The position numbers and the translations under genes were made by a program. From Methanomassiliicoccaceae archaeon (GTDB lineage Archaea > Thermoplasmatota > Thermoplasmata > Methanomassiliicoccales > Methanomassiliicoccaceae), in NCBI GenBank assembly GCA_963728405.1, contig CAVSJV010000013.1, positions 96,001 to 160,000 of the forward strand: a stretch of 64,000 nt of DNA, given 5' to 3'. The notes under the pieces were generated by a model, which saw nothing but the letters and a program-made list of their open reading frames with translations, did no database searches and had not been told where the DNA came from. Within the stretch, counting starts at the first letter, position 1, and each line of letters starts with the position of its first letter. Shown here piece after piece: positions 20,535 through 31,166 of this stretch.

Positions 20535-20987
20535 AAAAGAGGTCCCTACTGGAGCTAGTAAAGAAAGTGCCTCTAACTCACCTGCATTGAAACAGGGAGG
20601 GCAGGAACTGGAAAAAGAAATGAAAGAGATCATCGAAAGACTAGACAAAATCGAACGTCTCCTGGTTACGGTCACGGTCGAGAATATTAAAAAAGACCAG
20701 TGACGGCAGTGGGATCAGAAAGAATGATAAGCCGTGGGTCCGACCATTGGCAGGGGGAGGAGTGATCATTTGGATCGATCCATCTGAGCGTCCAGTCTTT
20801 GTAATCTTTACATGGCCCCAAAGTAAGTGGAGCGAGGGCATGAGTATGTGGATTAGAAACCGGACTCCCGTAGGCAACGGCCACGCCCGACCCCAACTCA
20901 AGGGCGGAACAAATCCCCCTGCTCCTTCGTAAGTCAAATAAAATTGGAGGGTAAGTGGTTTGGTGAGTTATGGCTTGGGCACGAGCT

Positions 20988-21515
20988 TTACCTGCTGGCC
21001 AAAGCTGGTAACGCCTCACCGATGCGCATGAAGAGCTCCGGTCTCAGCATACCCTGGACGACGATCCCGTTGGAATCCATTACCGCTTGCTTGAGGTCTT
21101 TGGCCCACAGGTGCTCGATGATGGCGAAGAGGGCGGAAGTGTTGTTGGGGAACGAATCAACGATCTCGTCAATATCATCCTGCGAGAGGCCGTAGGTCCT
21201 ATCGTTCGCCATTTCCATCTCCCTGGCCCTTTCCGCACCGGCTTCGGCTCCCCTCCTCGCCCCTTCTGCTCCACCGGCTCCGAGACCTATGAGGGCACCG
21301 ACGGCGGCTCCCAGTTCTTCGACCTCTCCGGGTCCGAGGTCAGTACCTTCGACCGCGAGCATGTTTCCGTCCGCGTCCTTTATAACGAAGGCATAGTCGA
21401 TCACGCGAATGAGCCCCTTCTCCTTCACATCTCTAATGGCCGGCAGAACCTCGCCAGAGAACTCATTCCCGGGAAATCCAACCGCTATCAACTGCATTGG
21501 TCCGTACATTACCAT
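20988..21515 (-). CDS. DUF6325/DUF1269-like protein
   Basis: GPMQLIAVGFPGNEFSGE, GLIRVID..F..KD.DG, EHLWA. Confidence 0.7.
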   Translation of the reverse strand: MVMYGPMQLIAVGFPGNEFSGEVLPAIRDVKEKGLIRVIDYAFVIKDADGNMLAVEGTDLGPGEVEELGAAVGALIGLGAGGAEGARRGAEAGAERAREMEMANDRTYGLSQDDIDEIVDSFPNNTSALFAIIEHLWAKDLKQAVMDSNGIVVQGMLRPELFMRIGEALPALASR

Positions 21516-21792
21516 ATCTAGTTCTCCCATGCTTGATGATCCACCGAATAGACCTCCGACGGGAGCTATCAATGAATCGGACGGACCGGTCCACGTCCGA
21601 TTTATGATGTTCTCGTCATTTAGGTTATTTCCGAAGACCAGTGCCATGTTGAAGTGTCTGGTTTTTAATACATGCCCGTTAAATGGACGGCGGCCTCCCA
21701 GTCGTCATTGAAGAACGGTGATGAAAGTGTTAAAGACTGACCCGTCCCAAGCATCATCCAGGGTGTGTATCATACAGAAATCTGAAACGACA

Positions 21793-22104
21793 ATGACCCA
21801 AACCATGGAACCGACATACTGGAAGGCCACAGGGGCGAAGGAAGTTTATACTGACGATGGAAAGTTGCTGGGGACTCTGGATGGGATCATGGTAGACCCG
21901 AAGGGTTGGACGGTTTCCTATTTCGTCATAGAAGTGCACAAGGACATCTCGGAGGAGCTGAACATCAAGAAACCGATGTTCGGCGCCGCAATGGTGAACA
22001 TCCCCGCTTCCTTTGTGAAGGACGTCGCCGACGTAATGCAGCTCAATTCCAACTTTGCCTCCATTAAGGGCGCTGTCAAGGTACACAATCCAAAAGGAAC
22101 CTGA
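21793..22104 (+). CDS. PRC-barrel domain protein
   Basis: G.KEVYTDDGKLLG..D.I.VDP..W.V. Confidence 0.75.
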   Translation: MTQTMEPTYWKATGAKEVYTDDGKLLGTLDGIMVDPKGWTVSYFVIEVHKDISEELNIKKPMFGAAMVNIPASFVKDVADVMQLNSNFASIKGAVKVHNPKGT

Positions 22105-22207
22105 ACGGCCGGAGCCTCCGGTCACTTTCCTTTTATTTACACTTTCAAGCGTGCCATTTTCCTAAAGCAAACCGAGCTATGGATTATATACCTTCGATAA
22201 GAAACAT

Positions 22208-22909
22208 ATGCCCAATCTGATGTTCGGTCTAACTCACTGGATGAGAATGCAATCGGAAAAGTATCTCGATCCGGTCGATAGATTGCCCGAGGTGGTCCTT
22301 GGCCTCATTCTGGTCTTAGGGGTCACTGGGACACTCAGAATAAGTATCTCCCAAAATGGGTTCTCTGTAGTAAATCTATTATTGGCTGTGATCGGGGTCA
22401 ACATCGCTTGGGGTATCGTCGATGGGGTGATGTATGTCATTGGCAGCTATTTTACTCGAAATAGATATGCGACGATCTCCAAGGTCCTAAATGAAGACCG
22501 AGATAATGCGAAAGCGAAAGAGGCCATCGTGGACGACCTCGACAATACGATCATTCATACTATGAACTCAAGCGATCGAGAACGCATCGTCGCTATTGTG
22601 GCTGATGCCGTGCCCTCCATTCATGATAGAAAGGCTTTCTTCAAGGACTTCGGCGACGATCTGATCGGTGGTCTTTGGATATTCATTACTGTCTTTCTTA
22701 CGCTGTTTCCGGTCATCATCCCATTTATTGTTTTTCCGAGCGAGCCGATCCTGGCATTGAACATCTCGAACCTAATCGCTCTGGTAATGATGTTCGTCAT
22801 TGGGGTAGAGTGGGGTAGCTATGCTGGCATTAGGAGATTAGGGCCCGGAATTGGTTTTCTTGTAATTGGTACGGCCATTATGTTGACAACACTCTACCTG
22901 GGGGGATGA
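22208..22909 (+). CDS. VIT1/CCC1-like membrane protein
   Basis: LDPVDRL.EV..GLI, NIAWGIVDG.MY, P.I.PF; about 5 TM helices. Confidence 0.65.
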   Translation: MPNLMFGLTHWMRMQSEKYLDPVDRLPEVVLGLILVLGVTGTLRISISQNGFSVVNLLLAVIGVNIAWGIVDGVMYVIGSYFTRNRYATISKVLNEDRDNAKAKEAIVDDLDNTIIHTMNSSDRERIVAIVADAVPSIHDRKAFFKDFGDDLIGGLWIFITVFLTLFPVIIPFIVFPSEPILALNISNLIALVMMFVIGVEWGSYAGIRRLGPGIGFLVIGTAIMLTTLYLGG

Positions 22910-23703
22910 CAACCTACGGAAAAGAAGGGCTGGCCACGTCGACGATCCAAAAACAATCGATATAGTAAATCGCTGATATTTTGACCAAGGAGGCCTTTAG
23001 AATCAGATGGATGGTGTCGAATTTGTATTTCTTTCAGCAGGACCATATATCATCCAATGGCGATTCGTCGATCTCATTGTCTAGTCATATCGCCGGTATA
23101 CATTGCCTAGGCCATTATCGTTTTCCTATCGGCTTTTCTCCAGCTCGCCATGCCGAGTAACGATGCCTTTCCGATTATTTCGCTTGTCGTCACTATTGTT
23201 CTCTTCTTTATCGGCCTCGCAGGCCTCTTTGTAAAGAGTTCTTCGGCAGAAGTGGAATTTCTTACCATTCCACATCCCTACCAAGACATCGGATCGCATA
23301 GAGGGATATATAATGCATGTACGATATTATGTTCTATTTGGAATGCTAGGCACCCACCGAAGGGGTGTTCTGCAAAATTTATCGAAATGTTCGGGAGATG
23401 AAATCAGGTGCCATTGTTAGGTGAACAGAGCAGGATTTGTGTCAACTGAACCGCTTGGATGGCACCAAAATATTTCCGGGAATCCAAAAATCTTGCCGAG
23501 GGACGAACAAAACAATCAAACCCTTCCAACTATGATTATGTAATTGGTCTGGGTTATCGGGTGTCGAGATTTAGCCGGGCTTCGAGTTTGGTGTAACTAT
23601 CGTCACTTTTTAACCGCACCCAACAACCGCACTAGTCGCTGATATTTCTTAGCTGTGATATATTTATTATAAATGCTCTCCCCTTTCACAGGGGGAACAT
23701 AAC

Positions 23704-24618
23704 ATGAAAACGCCATCGGCCGATTTCAAAGAAAACATCCTCCAGACGATCGGCAATACCCCCTTGGTCAGGATAAACAAGCTTAATCCGAACAAGAACA
23801 CGACGATATATGCCAAAGTAGAGGGATTCAATCCTACTGGCAGTATCAAAGACCGGATTGCCTTGAGCATGATCCAGCAGGCTGAAGATGAGGGCACGCT
23901 GACCAAAGGTAAAACTATCATCGAACCAACGTCGGGGAATACCGGGGTGGCTTTAGCGATGATCGGTGCGATCAAAGGGTATGAAGTAGAGATCGTTATG
24001 AGTGAGTCCGTCTCGGTAGAGAGACGGCAGATGATCAAAGCGTTCGGCGGAATCGTCACCTTAAGCGAGGGGAAATACGGCACCGACGGCGCCATTAGAA
24101 AAGCACGGGAATTGGTCAAGGCAAATCCTCAAAAGTACTTCATGCCGGACCAGTTTTCCAACCAGTATAACCAGCTTGCGCATTATAAGACGACCGGGGA
24201 TAAGATCTGGAAGCAAACTGGAGGCAAAGTAGACTATTTTGTGTCGGCGTTAGGCACTTCTGGCACGATAATGGGCGTAGGTAAAGCGTTAAAGGAACAT
24301 AATCCGCAAATAAAGATAGTCAGCGCTCATCCTGTTAAAGGGCACTATATCCAGGGATTAAAGAACATGGAAGAAGCCATTGTCCCGGCGATATATGACC
24401 CCACCCAGATCGACGCCACCATCATGGTCGAGACGGAAATAGCCTATGAGATGACCCGTCAGATCGTTAAACAGGAAGGGATCTTCGTTGGTATGAGCAG
24501 CGGTGCCGCAATGTATGCTGCCATCGAGATAGCCAAGCAGATAGAGTCCGGCGTTATTGTAACTATTTTACCTGACCGGGGAGAGAAATACCTAAGCACC
24601 AAGCTATTTTCAGTTTAG
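23704..24618 (+). CDS. Cysteine synthase (O-acetylserine sulfhydrylase, CysK/CysM family)
   Basis: IGNTPL, NPTGSIKDR (PLP Lys), EPTSGNTG, GTSGT, GMSSGA, PDRGEKYLST. Confidence 0.93.
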   Translation: MKTPSADFKENILQTIGNTPLVRINKLNPNKNTTIYAKVEGFNPTGSIKDRIALSMIQQAEDEGTLTKGKTIIEPTSGNTGVALAMIGAIKGYEVEIVMSESVSVERRQMIKAFGGIVTLSEGKYGTDGAIRKARELVKANPQKYFMPDQFSNQYNQLAHYKTTGDKIWKQTGGKVDYFVSALGTSGTIMGVGKALKEHNPQIKIVSAHPVKGHYIQGLKNMEEAIVPAIYDPTQIDATIMVETEIAYEMTRQIVKQEGIFVGMSSGAAMYAAIEIAKQIESGVIVTILPDRGEKYLSTKLFSV

Positions 24619-24745
24619 ATGGTTTTTCATAATGCCACTGTTCCCGGGGATTGCCTAATTCCCCCCTTTCCACCACAAGCAGGGGGCGCGTCTCCGGAAC
24701 TGACATAGAGGTACTAGCAAGTGCAAGCGGTCCTGGCGGGGGGTT

Positions 24746-24940
24746 GTGTTCAGGCGGCCGCACATCGGGCCCGGCTACCAGTTCGTTGACAATACCCCAA
24801 TCTTCGGGCCCTTCGACACTAAGATGGCCATTAGCCATCTGGGCTTGGACGTGGACAATATGACGACGCGATGGGGCGGCTTGGTTTATATTAGGCCAGC
24901 ATCTATTTTCCGTAAACGGAAACTAACATATTGAGCCAGG
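24746..24940 (+). pseudogene. Degraded tyrosine-integrase C-terminus (type matching the tRNA-Ala integrase)
   Basis: IFGPFDTKMAISHLGLDVDNM aligns by eye to IFGHADTRTTLKYLGLDFEDM at about 54.9 kb. Confidence 0.6.
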
Positions 24941-24946
24941 ATGATG

Positions 24947-24972
24947 GTGGACAGAGCGGATTTCTGCCCACG
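24947..24972 (-). repeat. att-like copy of the tRNA-Ala 3' end
   Basis: GTGGACAGAGCGG (24947-24959) is the exact reverse complement of 54814-54826, followed by ATTT after a 1-nt gap. Confidence 0.65.
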
Positions 24973-25004
24973 AAATCGTCTGGCCAAATTGACGACCCTG
25001 AATG

Positions 25005-25240
25005 GATCGTCAATAACCGAGGTATCCACCATGCTGGGTCATGCCGATACCAGGACGACCATGATCTATCTAGGATTGACCCTTGATTATCTCGCCAAGG
25101 TCCAGGAGAAGAGGGACGACTATCTGGACCTGATAAGAATGAAGATGAGGGCGAACCCTCAGGCCTTCCAGGAAAAACATAATGCCGATGTTGTTCGCAA
25201 TGTAAGGGCGTTTCCCAACACTATTGGGGAAAACGAGTGA
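25005..25240 (+). pseudogene. Tyrosine-integrase C-terminal remnant (tRNA-Ile type)
   Basis: EVSTMLGHADTRTTMIYLGL carries the catalytic His/Tyr box; ends just before the att. Confidence 0.8.
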
Positions 25241-25252
25241 AGCCAGAAGAAT

Positions 25253-25278
25253 TAGTGGGCCCGAAGAGATTTGAACTC
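25253..25278 (-). repeat. att direct repeat of the tRNA-Ile 3' end
   Basis: TAGTGGGCCCGAAGAGATTTGAACTC is identical to 30930-30955. Confidence 0.92.
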
Positions 25279-25764
25279 ATTATTATTATCTGGCCAACCC
25301 TCGAAAATTTCAAAATTCTGTGACCGTATTGGAGGGCGTTAGCATTCACGATGCTCCGGTGGAATGGATGGTCCTCTGGAGTTCTTACCATCGACCAGTG
25401 AAAACGAAGCCCCCTCAACGGTGCCTAGTTCCAAGAACTGCCATGATGTATATTCTCTAGAAGTTGGGGCGGTTGGGCTGGACTTATTACTGGCTATCGA
25501 AATATTCCTCCACAACCTCTATTTGGGAAGCCGTTGGGACACAAGATGGGATCATTGTAATGAATTGATGGGCCGAGCGGGATTTTAAACCGCCAAACTG
25601 TCTGGCTGACCCCTCAATTGTACCGTCCTCGGTACAGAGCGCTTGTTCGAGGCTATGAAAAATAGTCCTAAACCACTTCCTTTCTTTGCCTCAACTATCT
25701 TAACTAATTTAACTTTCAGTTCCAATCACCAATCATCTGGCTCGGGGATTGCGATCAAGTTAGC

Positions 25765-26898
25765 TTATAGATCAAGGTGGTTAAGCATGGGGGTCTGAGC
25801 CCCTCGGTGCTTCTTTGTTAGCATATAATTTCATGGTACGGTCGACCAAGGCTTGGATGTAGACAGGAACGATAATCGCACAGGGGATCCCTAGGGCAAC
25901 CACCAAGATCGGCGCAGCCCCCGGGGCTCACGCTCGCCCCCAGGACCGCGAACAGCGTGAGGAAGTAGATGTGGAAGAGGTATATCGAATAGGTTGACGG
26001 GCCGACTCTTTTAACCACCCTGGCGATTAAGCCGGTAGCATATCTTTTGAACAAGTTGACGAAGAAGATGGAGACGGAGACACCGATCACGCCGATTAGG
26101 GCGAGTGCGATGGTTGGAATCAGGGAGGGCGGGAGCAGCTCACATACCAGCCCGAGCATGCCCCCGCCTGAGGCATATATGAGGGACAAGCCGACCCCGG
26201 AAGCCAGGCAGACTTTTAGGACCGTGGCCCCCTTTATATCCGACATATTCGCCCCCCTTCCGAGGAGAATCCCGGCGATGAAGATCCAGTAGTAGATGTA
26301 CACCTGGCTCAGTCCCACGGCACCGGTGATGAAAGAGACAACGACCAGGACTGCGAAGATGGCCAAGGCGACGAGGAAGAGGGACCTGGTGAAACCTAAT
26401 CTAGCCCTATCGGCCAAGTAGATCAGTACGGGAAAGAAGAGGTAGAAAATCACAATAACGCTGACGAACCATAGAATACCAAGGTAGGGTACCAGCTTAG
26501 GGTAGAATAGGATCTGCAGGCCGCTTACCGTGAGAAGCTGCTGCAGGGCTGTGAGGTCGGTCAGAGCGAAGAGGGACTTCACCGACTGCCCGGAAGCTAT
26601 GACGATTGTGGCGACGATCAGCGCCACCCAATAGAGCGGGTATATTCTGACAAAACGCTTCCGGAGGAAAATCAGGACTGTCGCCAGGGCGGTCGAAAGT
26701 GGGCTTCTTGAGCATCAAGGAGTACCCAGAGGTGAAGAAGAATATGCTTAGGCCGGTGACGCCGGTCCAAACGCTCAACGTCAACAACCAGCTCACACTG
26801 GCAAAGGCCGGTACCATCTCGAGCACATGGGCGACCACAATCGCCAGGATCGCCATCGCCTTCAAGATGTCGAGCTCAACGAGCCGGTTGGATCCCAT
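25765..26898 (-). CDS. Acyltransferase-3 (OafA-like) membrane protein with two frameshifts
   Basis: R.VELDILKA.AI...V.H, FFFTSGY, LWFVS...IFYL.FP, STYSIYLFH. Confidence 0.8.
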
Positions 26899-27540
26899 TA
26901 AGCGCTCCTCGTAATGGTGTTCCAACAACCCAAAGATAAATTATTTGTAGAATAAGGAGGTCCTTCCCTCCCTCAAAAATTCCAGTTCTAGGTTACTCAT
27001 CTGGATAGAAAAATGGGAGAGGGTAAAAGCCATACCCTTTTGATTGAGCCGTCATATTTGCCGGAAAGGTATAAAAGTCCTAAGTATTTGCCATCAATGA
27101 GGGCCTTTCCCTCAATGGACGACACCATCTCCCCCATAAGGCGTCAAGTAATTGTCCCCCCTTCCTTTTTGACCACATAGTTAGGTCTCATCCTAATCCA
27201 CCGCCTTGGAGCCCTGGATGGCCAGGTCCTCGTAGATGGTACATTGGCAGACCAGGGGCGAACGACTATCGCACTCCTCGCGGCCGCATGACAAGCACAA
27301 ACCTTTTTTCACACGATAGTGCTTGAGCGGCGTATTGACCCTCATCGGGTCGGGGGCTCTTTCCTCTTTCATTGGTTATCTGCATCCCGGTTGCTAGAAC
27401 GATCTGATTCCACGCGACCATGGCGGACATCATAGCCACAAAGATGAACCCCGCGGTAAGTTTCTCTACTATGATTCCACCTATACCGCCGCCTTGGAGT
27501 AACCAGGCGTCGCCCAAATCCAGTGTAGCTAGGCAACTCC

Positions 27541-27712
27541 TATCGACCTCGCCAAATCTCGCTGTTATAGGGGTTAGGGCTGGAAACAGCTATGGCCATC
27601 CGACTTCCGATACGCTATCCCGTCTGAACGCCCATAGTGTGACCATCTACCGCACCGACCTCAATGGAACAGTGACCATAACACGGATGGCACCACCTGG
27701 ACAGTCACCTGA
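27541..27712 (+). pseudogene. ComEC/Rec2 MBL C-terminal fragment
   Basis: SPNLAVIGV.AGNSYGHP...TL.RL......IYRTDLNGTVTIT. Confidence 0.7.
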
Positions 27713-28100
27713 AGGTGGTCCCGTTCATTTCCAATTCATCCGCAGATTAGGACCTACTTGGGAGCGCCCATCGGCAATCGTTGGAACTTAATTTCCTGCC
27801 CACGGCTCTCACATCTTCCCTCGACCATAATTCGATTGAAGGCAAACCTTACTTTCTGTTCATGGCCGTAGATGAGAAATGGGACCGTTCTTCGAGAATA
27901 CTCTCGGTGGGGTGGGATTGGCACGAGCTCGAGATAGGGGCAACAAGGGTAAGTGGCTTAAGGGGGGGGGAGTGCCGAAAGTGAGTAGGATACAATATAA
28001 TAATCAACAAGCCCTTCGTATTTTCCTCGTGGTGGGAATCAATCAGCGTTTACATCTAGGATGGTTGCCCATATGCACGAAGCAGCGATGGCCGGGGACC

Positions 28101-29954
28101 ATGACTGGGCCAAAGGGAGCGGACGAATCGTGGCGCCGTTCAGAGCATCATCAACGGGCTACCAGGCGCTGTTTTCTACCTCTCCTCCGACGAGTTCGAA
28201 GTAGAGTACATCAGCGACGATTCTCGCCACTTTCTTCCCGGGAGGTTCAAGAACCAAACCTCGTCGGTGTGAAGTTGGTAGACTTCGTCACAGGCGGTGA
28301 GAAGAGCCCCGTCTTACCAATTCTCCGCCGGGTCTCCGAGACCAAGGAGAAGTTGGAGATCAGAGAGTTCCGAGCCAAAAACGAGGACGGGATCGAGTTC
28401 TGGGTCAACTGGTCTGCTATCCCCATCGAGAACGGCACAGGGAGGGCGGACTTGCTGGTGATGATCCAAGAAGACGTTACCGAACGCAAGCGGGTGGAGG
28501 AAGTGCTAAAGGAAAGTGAGGAAAAGTTTTCCAGGGCCTTCCATGGTTCCTCAGCTTCGACCTACATCACGCGTTTGAGCGACGGCAAGATCATTCACGC
28601 GAATGACCAAGGCCTCAAAATGTTGGAGTATGGCAAGGGATGAGCTATTAGGTCGAACGACCACCGAACTGAACTTATGGCCTACCGAGAAGGATCGCCA
28701 AAATGTTGTTAATGAGCTAAAACAGAAAGGCTCCATTAACAACATGGAACTACGCCTTCGTAAGAAGAACGGCCAAATCTGGACCACGTTGTATTCGGCT
28801 CAGGTCATTGAATTCAAGGGGGAGGAGATAATGCTCTCCTCTCTCGTGGACATCACCGACCGCAAACGAGCGGAGGAAGCGCTCAAGGAGAGCGAGGAGC
28901 GCTCCGGACGCTCGCCGACAACATCCCTCAGTTAGCGTGGATGGCTGACGCGAACGGCTGGATCTTCTGGTATAACAGGCAGTGGTACGATTACACCGGC
29001 ACCACCCCAGAGCAGATGGGGGGCTGGGGCTGGCAGTCGGTGCACAACCCCGATGTACCGCCGAAGGTCCTCGATCAATGGAAGGGCTCGATAGCCACCG
29101 GCCAACCGTTCGACATGGTGTTCCCGCTGCGGGGCGCCGACGGAGTGTTCCGTCCCTTCCTGACGCGGGTACTGCCGGTGAAGGACGAGAGCGGCAAGGT
29201 CGCTCGCTGGTTCGGCACCAACACCGAAATAACCGAAGAGGTGGAGACGCGACGGAACCTCGAGCGCTCCAACGCCGAGCTGCAGCAGTTCGCTTACGTA
29301 GCCAGTCACGATCTTCAAGAGCCGCTCCGAATGATCATGAGCTATCTGGGTCTGCTCAACAAGAAGTATGGCGATCAGCTCAACGACCAGGCCAAAGGGT
29401 ACATGGCCTACGTGAACGCCGGTGCCGCACGCATGAGGGAGCTCATCAACGATCTGCTGCAATACTCGCGCATCGATATGCAGGGCGAAGAGTTCTCGGC
29501 CGTTGATCTGGAGCAGGTAGCGGAGAGAGCGATCGACAACCTGCATGTGGTGATCGGGGAGAGCAGGGCAGTGGTCGATCTAGGCCCCCTGCCGACCGTT
29601 TTCGGGGATGCGACGCAATTATCTCAGGTGCTCCAGAACCTCATCAGCAACGCCATCAAGTTCCACGGGCCAGAGCCGCCGAGAATAGAGATCACTTCTC
29701 AAGAGCGCGATCGAGAGTGGACCATCTCGGTCAAGGACAACGGCATCGGCATCGATCCGAAGTATCACAACAAGCTGTTCCAGATGTTCCAGAGACTGCA
29801 TACTCAAAATGAATATCCTGGCACCGGTATCGGGCTGGCCATAAGCAAGAAGATCGTGGAGCGGCACGGCGGTCGCATCTGGATCGAGTCGGAGGTCGGC
29901 AAGGGTACGACCTTCTTTTTCACCGTACCTAAGACAGGCGAGAGGGCGAGGTAG
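28101..29954 (+). CDS. PAS-domain sensor histidine kinase (frameshifts near 28640 and 28905; N-terminus degraded)
   Basis: PAS repeats, RSNAELQQFAYVASHDLQEPLR, NLISNAIKF, DNGIG, FQRLH, GTGIGL. Confidence 0.85.
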
Positions 29955-30364
29955 ATGAACGAAGGCCACCGGATCCTGCTCATTGAGGACAATCGGCCTG
30001 ATGCGGACATTATCAGAGAGCTGATCAAAGATACTGGGATCGTGCATGAGCTGATTTGGCTCGATAATGGGGAGAAAGCGATCAAGTTCTTCGACGATGT
30101 TGGGCAGGCCGGTCTATCATCATTGACCTCAATCTGCCCCGAGTCAGTGGTCACGAGGTCCTGGAATTCTTAAAAGAACGGGGAATAAGCAAGACCACTC
30201 CAGTGATCGTTCTGACCGGCTCCGACTCTAATCTGGACAAGGAGAAGGCCAGGAAGAACGACATGGTCTGCTACCCCATCAAGCCGATGACGGCCGAGGA
30301 GATGGAGCGGACGACCGAGAAGCTGAAGGAAATAATGCTAGGGCCGCGGTCCTGCAACTGCTAG
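29955..30364 (+). CDS. Single-domain response regulator (frameshift near 30115)
   Basis: ILLIEDN..D, IDLNLP..SG, LTGS, KP motifs. Confidence 0.8.
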
Positions 30365-30663
30365 ATGATCGGCAACCGGCACAAGCAGGGTCCTACTTCT
30401 GGAAGGGAGGGGTCCGTTCTAGAAAGAAAATGGGCTGCCGTCTCGGACGACATCCCACATGCGCTTACCGGACTGAACGCTGCGGCCTGGAGTCGCTCGC
30501 GACGGAGCGTCATTGAGACTCATGCGCCAAATTACGATATTTAGTTTGGTCGGTTTGCTGATAGGAAACTGCCTCCGATTCCATAGGAATATAATAGATT
30601 AATTTAAGATGAAAATAACTATCTGGACATCTCTATAATGCTACCTCGTACATATGTGTTAAC

Positions 30664-30834
30664 ATGCCTACGAATACGACCAACAAGAAGACCACAGTCC
30701 ACGCGTCCGTCTACCTGCCCGTACCACTCCATAAAGAGCTGATAAAGATGTCGAGGTGGACCAGGCTCGGCCGATCGGACATCATGCGAACGGGTGTCAT
30801 CAAGTACCTTGATCAGCTGTTGTTGAGAAGATGA
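30664..30834 (+). CDS. Ribbon-helix-helix (CopG-like) protein, 56 aa
   Basis: ASVYLPVPLHKEL.KMS..T.LGRSDIMRTGVIKYL. Confidence 0.7.
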   Translation: MPTNTTNKKTTVHASVYLPVPLHKELIKMSRWTRLGRSDIMRTGVIKYLDQLLLRR

Positions 30835-30932
30835 AAGCGGAGCCTATGATCAAGGAAGAATTCCCGCTCTTCAGCCGGTAAAGGCGTTTACAAATGGAAT
30901 TGGGAAAATTAGGATGAGCCAGATGATAGTAG

Positions 30933-31007
30933 TGGGCCCGAAGAGATTTGAACTCTTGACCTCCCGGTTATCAGCCGGGCGCTCCAGCCAGTCTAAGCTA
31001 CGGGCCC
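30933..31007 (-). tRNA. tRNA-Ile(GAT)
   Basis: Cloverleaf GGGCCCG...CCCGG CTGATAA CCGGG...GTTCAAATC...CGGGCCCA. Confidence 0.96.
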
Positions 31008-31166
31008 CTGTGCTTCATGGGAATAGTGCAATCCATTTTAAAGCTTTCCATTCGTAACGCCCTCCCAAGATAGATATGGACGTGTTTTCCAAATGCGTGA
31101 AATTTCATCTCATTATCTTGATATCTGCCATATCGTTCTAGGGAATCGCAGGGAGGGACGGATCAG

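Larger units (their letters stand above)
25253..30955. mobile_element. Decayed island (about 5.7 kb) integrated at tRNA-Ile; further remnants extend left to about 19.5 kb
   Basis: 26-bp direct repeats, integrase-tail homology at 30800-30930, RHH gene, accessory cargo. Confidence 0.8.

Noticed and set aside
25732-25743. Inverted 12-mer GAGCCAGATGAT matching 30916-30927
   Set aside because: No tRNA-derived core or integrase tail next to it; could be an arm site but cannot be told from chance by eye.
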